DNA of 62,151 nt, filler included, from Nemertoderma westbladi (Eukaryota; Animalia; Xenacoelomorpha): NCBI GenBank assembly GCA_032718475.1. It is 3 parts of 3 records of this genome, joined end to end, with 100 filler letters (N's around TTAATTAATTAA, not from the genome) between each part and the next. Parts side by side here need not be neighbours in the genome. Positions count along the whole stretch, not along the records: positions 1 to 29,128 come from JAUCBJ010008554.1; 2 more parts are not named here. One strand, written 5' to 3'. A model generated the notes under the pieces. That model searched no databases. It was not told the origin of the DNA and saw nothing but the letters and a program-made list of their open reading frames with translations. The translations under genes and the position numbers were made by a program. Positions 1 to 11,234 of the stretch are shown piece by piece (positions within the stretch are counted from its first letter, which is position 1; each line of letters begins with the position of its first letter).

Positions 1-2728
1 ACGCTCGCTAACCTAAATATAAACTCCTTATAATATGGATAAACTCATATATAGCAGATATGACGGAGTTGATAGAAGATGGTCTTGGTATCGGGGAGCG
101 ATATACTCTACTTTTACAAGCGTTTGTTAATAGCTTAATACGCGGCGACGTTAGTCCAACTGCTGCGGAGGACGATGGTCGTTATATCGAACCGCCAATG
201 TCCCAAGAGCAGCTCGCGCGAGTTGGACTATAGAAAATTCGCTGCTCGATATACGCAGCTTAATGGTACGTATATGGGCTTCTTAACTACTGATCATCCT
301 ATCGATTTACACAATACGGACTATGTCGACTATATATCCTGCCCAGCGGAGTCGGAACCCTAAACTGAAATTCGAATGCGAAAATTCTATTCGAAATCGG
401 CTCGAAAGAAAAGACATTAAAGAAACAAATAAACGCGGTAACTCCAACATATATTTGGAATTCTTGATAGAAGCATTGTAACAACAAATAAATATCATCC
501 GCGTTTCCCCTACCAGACGTACGTTTTTGGGTATTATTACGGTAAAGGCCCTAGATCCAGCCAATAAACGGAAAGACATAAACATCCACGGAAACGTTGT
601 GTTAAACACAGTTGTGCTCGTTATATTTACTTGAGTTTCGAGCGAAACTTGTTTGACGCATCACCTATGCTCACTCGGCTCGAACGATCCTGGAGTAAAC
701 CTACGATCAGAGTCCCGGAATACTCGGTCAAACCTCCTCATTCCTTAGTTGGACCTCAGACCTGCGATCTTGGTGGTGTCGCGGATCCTCGCGGACTGTA
801 TTCACTGTTCAAAGATCTAGTGCTACCCTAACAATTAATCGGTAACACTCCGACAGTGATTTCTAGCTAGCCGCCCATCTTACCTAGCCGGATTGTGACG
901 CGGACACCTAATATCACTATCCAACTGTATGGTCGTCCACGTTTAACGCGATACGACCCCTCATCAAGGTGAAGGAGAGCGTTGTACGAAACGAGTTAAA
1001 CGCTATTTTATAAAGATCAAAAAGGAAACCTGCGTTTGTTCAGATAAACGTAAGTTATAACAGTGAGTCCAATCAGTAAACGAATTGGCCTTATCTCAAT
1101 TCGATTGGGAAATCCAGAATCTCTAAGAAGTTGTCGAACTTGGACGATCCTATTCTCTGCGAGAGTTTTTGGATGAACGTATCCAGCTACGAGCGGAGGA
1201 AAATCAGCTCGAGGAGAAGCATATCGAAACGGCAGATACCTCGACCACAATCCTACACCTTCTGATGCAATCATATTGCACCCTTCACCCAGGAGTTATG
1301 GCCCTCCTAGTAAAGTGGCTCCCCCCAAAGAGAAAAGACTCTTGCTAGCCTCAAAAAACTGCGTAAACGCCGTCTGCGTAAGAAAGACTAACTGTTTAGA
1401 GTATCTTTATGTTTTAGAAACTGTGATTTTTATATTTTATAGACTGAAAATCCCATTTTCTGGGAGCGGTGTAAAAGCCTTTGCTGAATTGCCCCGTTAT
1501 TTTTATTATCTTTTACATTAAAATACTCTGTAGTTGATTTAATAAGTGTAAGAGACCGTATTATTGCTGTATCTGTGTTTTTAGAGGATCTAAGACCTAT
1601 TTCCTCCGTATGTGTACTGTGAAAGGCATATTTTATGATTCTATGGCAATTCGTGACGCAAAAGGGTGATAGCTACTCTTGAACAGTAGTTACTATGACT
1701 ACGGTTAACAGCTGACATTCATACGTGTTGATTTCCTTTGTTCTACGGCGTCTCTCAGCTCAGTCAGCCAATGAGAGCGTTTTTGTGGCTCCTTGTACAG
1801 AGAATTTCCGAGAAATGACGCAATGCCTATGTGCAGTGTTTACATTCAGTCTTGAGCCAAAGAAAGAACGGCTTGGAAGTATTTTTGTGCTGTACTGCTT
1901 TTTAGTCGTACACTAGTAGGTTTAATTATAAAGGGCATATATCCTTTAACTGTAAATATCTCACTGCTGCAATTTAACATACCTGATGACTGCTGACTGA
2001 TCATACATGCTGACTGCTGAAACATTGCAAACTCGTAACAATCAGTGTTCAGTTGTTGTTTTATACTGCTATTTGCGGTCAGTTCTTCATAATATGGTTG
2101 ATGAATTATTATATTTGGAATAACGATAAACAACCCCGAAACCCAATGTTCTTGATATACCGAAGGTAAGAGAGAAGGGTTACAGATAAACGATTGTGAC
2201 TTATGTTAAAGTGGTTTGAAGTGAATCTAATGTTATTTGATAGACCCTACATGAGTCAGCCTGTGTTCCTTTTATATGTGACTAAAATCAGTGAAGATTG
2301 GCAGATTAGTGTGCAGTATTGTGCAGCATTGTGTATGAGTGAGTCTGTTAAAGAAGCAATTCCTAAAGAATGCGCCATATATGTGAATTATAATTAAGCC
2401 ATATCGTTGTGAGTAGTTTAAGTCATAACTCTGTTTATATAGATAAAGCGCCACGTCCTAAAGGAACTGTTAATATTACCGAAGGTGAATAATATTGTCA
2501 GAGATTATATAATACTGTCAGTCGAATAATACATTAGGCTTACATAGCAATAAAAATTAAACCGTCGAACCCAATCTCCCGGGAATATCCAGCGGGTGAA
2601 TGGTCGCGCACGGATTGGTTTCGACTAGTGTAGTGAATCAAATACTTGTCATAGACTAAAAAGCGATTTATTATCTAGAAGACATTCTAATTTGGCGGGT
2701 TAAACTGCCAAAGGTCTGAAAGCGCGAA
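1..2728. mobile_element. Diverged, decayed Polinton/virus-like segment (paralogue of 4872-6127 and 10673-12420)
   Basis: 1235-1495 is similar to ~5260-5525 (ccttctgatgcaat...ctcaaaaaactgcgtaaacgccgt); 2100-2728 is similar to 11810-12420. The ORFs are broken and no domain is recognisable. Confidence 0.6.
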
Positions 2729-4871
2729 CACTGACATCTTCTCCGCTCCTAGAGGCAGATCGGCGGTCAAATCGTGAATTTCTTTCGAATAATGTAGATC
2801 AACTATGCAATAATAACCAGTGTCCCCACTCGCGTCTACTGTAGCTAGGTCTATGGGGGTAGTTACGAGTTTAATATTAGCGTAGGGAAGTTTCTGGCTC
2901 AGGGCGCAGCCGTAAAGGTTATTCGCATCGATGGGAATTAGATATTTCTCGGGGAGACTGGAGTCATAGTCGGGTTTATCGGGAATATTTGCATCTACGG
3001 AATGTGTATTCAAGAAAACTAGACCACCCCTAATATTTGTTTCAAAGTCCGAGTAGATGGAAGCGTCTGATAGTAATTGAATTTCTGATTGCGTGAATTT
3101 CAGCGCCGCGTCGTAAGTTAATCCGGGGGCAGTGAAGTACATTACGGGCTCGAGTCCATAATTAGTAAGACAGAGGGATCGGAACTGCTCGAAAGTATCA
3201 GCCAATAGGGTAACGTCTAGAACCAAATAGCCAATCATATAGTCGAAGATTGTTGCGCAGTTTAATTCATCCCAAGTAGTAAGCGCGCGCTAGTAGTAGG
3301 GTCTTGGGCGGCTCTGCGACAGTTAGACCCAACTGACACCCATTGGGTGTCATATGACACCCAATGGGTGTCAGTTGGGTCTAACTGTCGCAGAGCCGCC
3401 CAAGACCCTACTACTCGCGCTGATAGTTTTCTGCGCTACATTGTTCCAATTTGAGATCATTATAGAAGCTTTCTATTGGGGGGAGTGTAGTTTCGTGTAG
3501 GTTTGAAATATTTTGAATGTAGGAATATGGGAATACGCCCTTGTTTTTTATTGTGTTATCGCTAATGTTGGGATAGAGTTGGGTCATTTGAGCTAGTGTA
3601 TGGGGTATGGCTGTTGCTAGGTTACTGTTATTTTTAGTGAGATAACTACTAAGATTATCTAGGCTGGCAGTCATAAACTGATAGGAATCTAGAAAATTAA
3701 TGGAGATACTTTCTTTAGCGTTGGCTGTTGGTGTACTCGGATCGATTGGAAAGCTAACTTTAAGGTGAATATAAGTTTCGGTGTTTTTTGGTATTACAGT
3801 CATTTTCCAGTGTGTTCTAGAACTATCGGTCATTCCTTCTTTTAGTAGTAAATGCATATCGAATTTCCTCAAGTTATGAAATATAATATAAAAATTATTC
3901 CGTTTTAGGGAAAGTTTCCTGTTGCAGCTGACGCAAGCAAGCCCCTCGATACTCCCCGCTATAATGATCGTGATCGCGGACTTTGGTGCTGAGATTGTCA
4001 TTGAGGTTTAAATTATGAGAATCGGGGGTTAAATTACAGTTGCAGACGTAGCATTGTGTAGCGTTATTAAAGTCAGTTTGTTGGCTAGTAGTGAGTTGCA
4101 TGGGGGCGTGCGTGTTTGTACTAGAAATGGACCAATCGTATAACTCCCTACAATGACTTTCCATAGCGGTTAGAAAGTCGCGCATTACGTGGTTACTGCC
4201 ATCGTCGCGGAAAATTTGAACATCTGTTTTAGGAGGGTTAATTAATTTCTGATTTGGTACTGTATAAAAGGCTGCCGCGCTAGCTATATGTTTCTGTGGG
4301 AGTATTGTTTGTAGGTTCTAGAATAGTTTCAATGTCGGCGTATATACAGAAAGGAGGGGATAGAGTCTTATCGTATCGGTCAAATTTAACCAAGAGATTT
4401 TCGGGCATATACTCGAGTTGGCGTTTACCCGTATAGCAGCGCTCTCGATGTTCTCCCAATGATTTGTCAGTGTAAAAGGCTCTGAGACAGCGTTCGCAGT
4501 GCGTCTTGTTGCCGGTAGAAGTAGCTTTAGTATTTATTAATCTATCTATGTTAGTAATAGCTACGTAGTGGGCGGGGTTTTTGCTTGTGGCTTCGATAAA
4601 TAATAAGTTTAGTACAGTTTTACCGGAACAGTGCGCGCTATCTGGTTGACTTAGAATGGAGAGTTCTTCCGTATTACTCCAATAAAGAAGGTTTATACAG
4701 TATATAGGGTTTGCTTTCAGAAACTGGGGAATACCAGTTACTCTGTCCACTGGGAAACTTAAATTGGAAAAATCAAACATGTTTAGGAAAGGAGTAAACG
4801 TTGAAATTCTTTTGATATTATTTTGTTTTCTATCAATTTTCTTATAATTTGCAGCGGCCAATACTGCGTAT
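2729..4871 (-). pseudogene. Protein-primed family B DNA polymerase (pPolB) of Polinton/Maverick/adintovirus type, truncated at both ends and frameshifted
   Basis: ORFs 4280-4861, 3895-4185, 3411-4001 and 2687-3238 join into one reading: C2H2-like CERCL..HRERC, YADIET, CYVC..VRDHDHYSGEYRG..C..CN (endonuclease VII-like), IIFHNLRKFD, FLDSYQFM, KGVFPYSY, DVTLLAD, IRGG, DANNLYG (motif A). Single-base frameshifts near 4295 and 3945; insertion at 3292-3415; motifs B and C are absent. Confidence 0.92.
3292..3415. mobile_element. 124-bp perfectly palindromic mini-element with Polinton-type AGTAGT termini and 6-bp TSD
   Basis: Starts AGTAGTAGGGTCTTGG, ends CCAAGACCCTACTACT, centre TGTCAT|ATGACA. Flanked by CGCGCT (3286-3291 and 3416-3421). 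Removing it plus one TSD restores the PolB frame (NYQRALTTWDELNC...). Confidence 0.9.
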
Positions 4872-4992
4872 CAATTGGTCAAGGTAAACTCATTCAGAAA
4901 ACCTTACAATGTTTCAAGAATAGAAAAGGACGTAATACCTCCCTATAATCTCGATGGATTTATTAAAACTCGATTAGTCCATTGGAATTTAT

Positions 4993-5433
4993 ATGTATTG
5001 TTCAAGGAATAAAGAATATGGTGATTTGTTCATAAACTCACATCCTGAGTTACAAGAAGTTCATAGACAACCATGTGAATATAAAGCCAGAGAACGCGAA
5101 TTAGAGAAAACAATCAAACCAAGGAAATTTCTCACTACACACGGTCAACCTACCGCTGTCGTACAAACGACCCATCAAGGACCGGTAAGAGCTGCCATCC
5201 TGAAACGAGCTCTAAAGGTTGTTCGCCCTCGTTCCACCGATGTTGATATCGATCAACCAGGTACCTCGACCGGCGGATACACCGACCGTAATCCAAAACC
5301 TTCTGATGCAATCGTATTGCACCCTTCCCCCAGGAGTTATAGCCCTCCTAGTAAAGTGGCTCGCCCCAAAGAGAAAAATACTCTTACTAGTCTAAAAAAA
5401 CTTCGTAAACGCCGTTCACGAAAGAAGGACTGA
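4993..5433 (+). CDS. Unknown Polinton/virus-associated protein (probably a C-terminal fragment) with K/R-rich tail
   Basis: 146-aa ORF ending SLKKLRKRRSRKKD; near-identical copy at 10794-11234 and a diverged frameshifted copy ending at ~1392. Confidence 0.45.
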   Translation: MYCSRNKEYGDLFINSHPELQEVHRQPCEYKARERELEKTIKPRKFLTTHGQPTAVVQTTHQGPVRAAILKRALKVVRPRSTDVDIDQPGTSTGGYTDRNPKPSDAIVLHPSPRSYSPPSKVARPKEKNTLTSLKKLRKRRSRKKD

Positions 5434-6253
5434 TAGTTTAGAGTATTTTTGTATTTTAGAAACTGTGATTTTTTATATTTTATAGACTTGAATCCCACTT
5501 TCTGGGAGCGGTGTAAAAGCTTTTGCGGACATAACAAGTCATTTTTACGCAATGCGCAGAATACTCTAAAATAGCCCTAAAATTGTTCAACTACGCGTCG
5601 GAAAGAAATTAGAACCAAGATGACGAAATCTGTCAGCTGATTCTTTGTGTACATGGAGATTTATTTGTTCAAGCTTATTTGAGCCAATCAGAGCAATCTT
5701 CCCAGTTATGCCAGCAGAGACCTACCTAAGAAAACTAGCGCATGCGCATTTAGGTATCGTTTTTCTGAGAATTAGATTCCTCTCAGAATTCTGTACTAAG
5801 TACGGTCTTTTCAGACTTTAGCCCAAGAACATCTGATGGCTGGAGTTATAAGGACGTAAATCTATTAACTGAATCACTGCACCACGAACAATTCATGCAA
5901 TTCAAATCATACGCATCATTCATGCGCATTTAATGACTGAACACATACTGACTGTTCACCGCACTGTTTTACTGCTGTTTTTTTATATTGTGTTAATTGT
6001 TGTTTATATTAATGGATGTTATATTTGGAGAATACCGATAAATAATCGTAAACCCCTCAATCTTCTTGATTACTGAGGTAAGCGGAGAAAGAGTTTACCG
6101 TTAGCAACTGCGACTTAAATTATAGTGCCTCAGTGAGTCATAGTCTATGCCTCAGTGAGTCATAGTCTATGCCTCAGTGAGGCATAGTCTGTGTCAAGTC
6201 TTAAATGAGAGTCTTACAAATTCGAACGTCAACGAACAAATTCGAAGGTTACT

Positions 6254-6345
6254 GTTCCACCTTGGTGTAGTGGTTGCGTAGAATTCACATCTCTCGTATG
6301 TCATGGGTTCGACCCCTGCATGAACCAGGGCAGTTTTCGTTCGGT
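6254..6345 (+). mobile_element. 5' fragment (tRNA head) of the SINE found at 20291-20576
   Basis: TTCCACCTTGGTGTAGTGGTTGC...GGGTTCGACCCC...CCAGGGCAGTTTTCGTT matches 20297-20385; A and B boxes present. Confidence 0.75.
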
Positions 6346-6429
6346 CAGCAATAAGCCTAACGTTGCAAAATGCAGTATTATTGCCTAGTAACCAATTCAT
6401 GGCTACCGTATGGTTTTCACTTTGAGACA

Positions 6430-7080
6430 TTTCGTCCTCTAGCGGCAGACTGGGGAACTTCATACTACTCTGTGACTCTGCAAAAGATATAGCCTATGCC
6501 GTAGTAGATGCCGTTTGGGGGGTCAAAATTAAGTAATAATATATCTAAATAAGTCTCAAACATCTTGCCTCATGGCTCGCCCCTTAGAACTCTTAAGCAA
6601 TATAACTTCATAGTTTTGCGGATTGTAAATAACAAAGCTAGAGAAGATGTTAATTTTCAAATAATACACCCTCTAGCGGCAGACAGGGGAACTTCAGACT
6701 ACTCTATGTCTCCGCAAAATATATAGCCTATGCCGTAGTAGATGCCGATTGGGGGGTCAAATTAAGTAATAATATATCTAAATAAGCCTCAAACATCTTG
6801 CCTCATGGCTCGCCCCTTAGAACCCTTAAGCAATATAACTTCATAGTTTTGCGGATTGTAAATAACAAAGCTAGAGAAGATGTTAATTTTTAAATAATAC
6901 GCCCTCTAGCGGTAGACAGGGGAACTTCATACTACTCTATGGCTCCGCAAAAGATATGGCCTAATGCCGTAGTAGATGCCTACCGAGTTTAAACCCATTC
7001 GGAATGAAAATAGCAAAGTTAGAGAAGATGTTAATTTCAGATCATATGCCCTCTAGCGGCAGACTATGGAACTGCAGACG
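6430..7080. repeat. ~233-bp tandem repeat (2 full plus partial copies)
   Basis: Unit starting CCTCTAGCGGCAGAC recurs at ~6436, 6670, 6902 and 7049. Confidence 0.9.
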
Positions 7081-7439
7081 GCTGGATATAGGTAAGAGTA
7101 ATTAGTAATCAGAGCTGTCACGGGGTGGGGGGGGGGGGGGTGGGGCGCTTGGATACAACTATTATTAATAAGCTGTTGCTTGGTTAAAGCTAATTGGGGG
7201 TCAAAGGTCAAAGGTCAACGATAAAGCTGTCTTGATATAGATAAGAGTAATTAGTTACCAGTAAGGGAGCTGTATACCCTATGGCTAAGTATAACGAGAT
7301 GAAAGTCCATGAGGTCATATAGAAACCAATATATAAAACTAATTATTGGTAAATCTAAAATAAAGTACAATTAATTAATTTAAAATTAAATATAAATAAA
7401 TAAGTATTAATGAATAAAAGAGCTGCGGTGTCACTTATG

Positions 7440-7762
7440 ACACCCTCTTGAGCCGGCTCTGCGACAGTTAGACAACACTGATGACCCATTGTGTGTCAGG
7501 GCGCTAATCAGTCTGATTAATTAGGATAATCAATTAAACCCTAATTAGGAGTCATATGACACCTGTTAGGGTTTAATTGTACTAATTAATTGATGACACC
7601 TGTCAATTAGGGTCTAATTAGCCTAATTGGGAGGTGTCACCCAGACAGTCTGGCGCCAATGACACCCAATGACACCCATAGGGTGATAATTGGGTGTCAT
7701 ATGACACCCAATGGGTGTCAGTTGGGTCTATCTGTCGCAGAGCCGCCCAAGACCCTACTACT
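7440..7762. mobile_element. Polinton-type terminus with internal fold-back symmetry
   Basis: Ends ...CCAAGACCCTACTACT followed by CGCGCT and PolB sequence. 7455-7475 is inverted relative to ~7725-7746; multiple TGACACC/GGTGTCA motifs. Confidence 0.85.
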
Positions 7763-10672
7763 CGCGCTGATAGTTTTCTGCGCTACATTGTTCCAATTTG
7801 AGATCATTATAGAAGCTTTCTATTGGGGGGAGTGTAGTTTCGTGTAGGTTTGAAATATTTTGAATGTAGGAATATGGGAATACGCCCTTGTTTTTTATTG
7901 TGTTATCGCTAATGTTGGGATAGAGTTGGGTCAATTGAGCTACCCGGTTGAAAATTCATAGTACATTTCCTAAGATTTGCAAGTTCCTTGCTATCAGTTT
8001 ATTACACTTGTCAAAATATGTTTAGTAACAAAAATTTGGTAAACTTAATAGAGCATGTAAGTTATTTCTTTAGTTTTAATAAATATTGCAAGTGTTACTC
8101 TGCTCTCTTATATTTTGCAGGTACTTGCCATGTTCCTGCAAAGTATTGCATATATGCAGATATAGGCTTACTGCAGTACTGTTAGTTGTTGGGCAAGTTT
8201 GTACTTGCCTGAGTCTAGGCATAACAATGTCACTGTATTAATTTAACAGTTCAGTAGTTTCAGTGGGGCTTGCCAGTTGTCAGGTCTGAATGCAGCTATC
8301 TCAGGTAGCCCATGACCTCCACGAAAGAAATTAAACGTTCATATTTGTTTCTTTTTTCCTGCAAAGCTGAACATCTATGAAATATTGTTTAATATAGGTA
8401 AAAAATGCTGACGTTGTTAGTAATATATCAAATTGGGACATTGACATTAGGTAATTTAACATCCTAACTGGATCGAAAATGAATATGAACCAAAACAAAC
8501 GAATATTTAGCATTCCTATTACATTATTCAGTTTTGCGTTCATTTTTGGTGATTTAATGAGTGATTCCTCTGATTACCAAAGCTGCTATGTTAGAAAGAA
8601 ATAAGAAAAGAAAATAATGATGAAAGAAAACCGAAAATTTTTGTTTTGTTTAAACCAAATACCATTAAATTTTGTTGAGATAAAGCAGATATTTGGATGT
8701 TGGAATGCTCAAGCTATTAATATCACAAGATAAATTTTTTTAATCGCAAAACATTATTTTTTAATTTTACAGTTTTCTTATGCTTCAATAGCTTTTGTGA
8801 ATTATTTACATTTTTGAATAGATATAAAATGTCAAATGACCTATTACAAGGTCTTAAAGTTAATAAATTGTCCTAGATTTATCAATATGAATATTCTATT
8901 TTGTCTGAAAATAAAATAAATTATATAAATCTAACAAATCGAATTCGAATATGTGGGTCATCACCAAAATATATCAAGGATACTCTCATATCACTATGGA
9001 TTAAATATTTTCATATATACTCTGCTGTTTCCTATTCTAAATGTATAGGGTATTGTAGGTGTAGGCCTGTAGAATGTAGGGTGTAGGGATTGGATAACGT
9101 ACCCCCCACCCCCCTCTCATCTACACAGAACATGCACACACATGCACAGTGCAGTGATTGGTCAGTCTAACTTTTGAGTTTTATATTCTAATTTGCATTG
9201 ATAAATTTATAATTACTTTCTATATACATGACATACTGTTTACAATTACCAAGTGCCTTATTAAAACTTGACATTCATAGAAAGATTTGGCTTATTAAGT
9301 GATATACTTTACATATCTTGGCAAGTACTTGTTAAGAAGATAGCAAGTAGACTTTACAAGTACTTAGTATGTGTAACAGGGATTTTCAACAGGGTAGTGT
9401 ATGGGGTATGGCTGTTGCTAGGTTACTGTTATTTTTAGTGAGATAACTACTAAGATTATCTAGGCTGGCAGTCATAAACTGATAGGAATCTAGAAAATTA
9501 ATGGAGATACTTTCTTTAGCGTTGGCTGTTGGTGTACTCGGATCGATTGGAAAGCTAACTTTAAGGTGAATATAAGTTTCGGTGTTTTTTGGTATTACAG
9601 TCATTTTCCAGTGTGTTCTAGAACTATCGGTCATTCCTTCTTTTAGTAGTAAATGCATATCGAATTTCCTCAAGTTATGAAATATAATATAAAAATTATT
9701 CCGTTTTAGGGAAAGTTTCCTGTTGCAGCTGACGCAAGCAAGCCCCTCGATACTCCCCGCTATAATGATCGTGATCGCGGACTTTGGTGCTGAGATTGTC
9801 ATTGAGGTTTAAATTATGAGAATCGGGGGTTAAATTACAGTTGCAGACGTAGCATTGTGTAGCGTTATTAAAGTCAGTTTGTTGGCTAGTAGTGAGTTGC
9901 ATGGGGGCGTGCGTGTTTGTACTAGAAATGGACCAATCATATAACTCCCTACAATGACTTTCCATAGCGGTTAGAAAGTCGCGCATTACGTGGTTACTGC
10001 CATCGTCGCGGAAAATTTGAACATCTGTTTTAGGAGGGTTAATTAATTTCTGATTTGGTACTGTATAAAAGGCTGCCGCGCTAGCTATATGTTTCTGTGG
10101 GAGTATTGTTTGTAGGTTCTAGAATAGTTTCAATGTCGGCGTATATACAGAAAGGAGGGGATAGAGTCTTATCGTATCGGTCAAATTTAACCAAGAGATT
10201 TTCGGGCATATACTCGAGTTGGCGTTTACCCGTATAGCAGCGCTCTCGATGTTCTCCCAATGATTTGTCAGTGTAAAAGGCTCTGAGACAGCGTTCGCAG
10301 TGCGTCTTGTTGCCAGTAGAAGTAGCTTTAGTATTTATTAATCTATCTATGTTAGTAATAGCTACGTAGTGGGCGGGGTTTTTGCTTGTGGCTTCGATAA
10401 ATAATAAGTTTAGTACAGTTTTACCGGAACAGTGCGCGCTATCTGGTTGACTTAGAATGGAGAGTTCTTCCGTATTACTCCAATAAAGAAGGTTTATACA
10501 GTATATAGGGTTTGCTTTCAGAAACTGGGGAATACCAGTTACTCTGTCCACTGGGAAACTTAAATTGGAAAAATCAAACATGTTTAGGAAAGGAGTAAAC
10601 GTTGAAATTCTTTTGATATTATTTTGTTTTCTATCAATTTTCTTATAATTTGCAGCGGCCAATACTGCGTAT
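7763..10672 (-). pseudogene. Second copy of the pPolB fragment, interrupted by a DNA transposon
   Basis: ORFs 10081-10662, 9696-9986 and 9386-9802 match copy 1; the sequence resumes at 7763-7942. Confidence 0.92.
7943..9394. mobile_element. Non-autonomous DNA transposon with CCC...GGG termini and 2-bp TA TSD (CMC/EnSpm-like)
   Basis: TIR CCCGGTTGAAAATTC / GGATTTTCAACAGGG; TA on both sides; the empty site GAGC-TA-GTGTATGG is visible in the duplicate at ~3590-3603. Confidence 0.88.
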
Positions 10673-10793
10673 CAATTGGTCAAGGTAAACTCATTCAGAA
10701 AACCTTACAATGTTTCAAGAATAGAAAAGGACGTAATACCTCCCTATAATCTCGATGGATTTATTAAAACTCGATTAGTCCATTGGAATTTAT

Positions 10794-11234
10794 ATGTATT
10801 GTTCAAGGAATAAAGAATATGGTGATTTGTTCATAAACTCACATCCTGAGTTACAAGAAGTTCATAGACAACCATGTGAATATAAAGCCAGAGAACGCGA
10901 ATTAGAGAGAACAATCAAACCAAGGAAATTTCTCACTACACACGGTCAACCTACCGCTGTCGTACAAACGACCCATCAAGGACCGGTAAGAGCTGCCATC
11001 CTGAAACGAGCTCTAAAGGTTGTTCGCCCTCGTTCCACCGATGTTGATATCGATCAACCAGGTACCTCGACCGGCGGATACACCGACCGTAATCCAAAAC
11101 CTTCTGATGCAATCGTATTGCACCCTTCCCCCAGGAGTTATAGCCCTCCTAGTAAAGTGGCTCGCCCCAAAGAGAAAAATACTCTTACTAGTCTAAAAAA
11201 ACTTCGTAAACGCCGTTCACGAAAGAAGGACTGA
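10794..11234 (+). CDS. Second copy of the K/R-tailed ORF
   Basis: Identical to 4993-5433 except one K>R change. Confidence 0.45.
   Translation: MYCSRNKEYGDLFINSHPELQEVHRQPCEYKARERELERTIKPRKFLTTHGQPTAVVQTTHQGPVRAAILKRALKVVRPRSTDVDIDQPGTSTGGYTDRNPKPSDAIVLHPSPRSYSPPSKVARPKEKNTLTSLKKLRKRRSRKKD

Noticed and set aside
2729-4871. Programmed frameshifting or an alternative genetic code in PolB
   Set aside because: The gene is also truncated at both ends and interrupted by an insertion; ordinary pseudogenisation explains the breaks.
6254-6345. Functional tRNA gene (also 20295, 31655, 42060)
   Set aside because: A and B boxes are present but there is no proper cloverleaf, and most continue into SINE body sequence.
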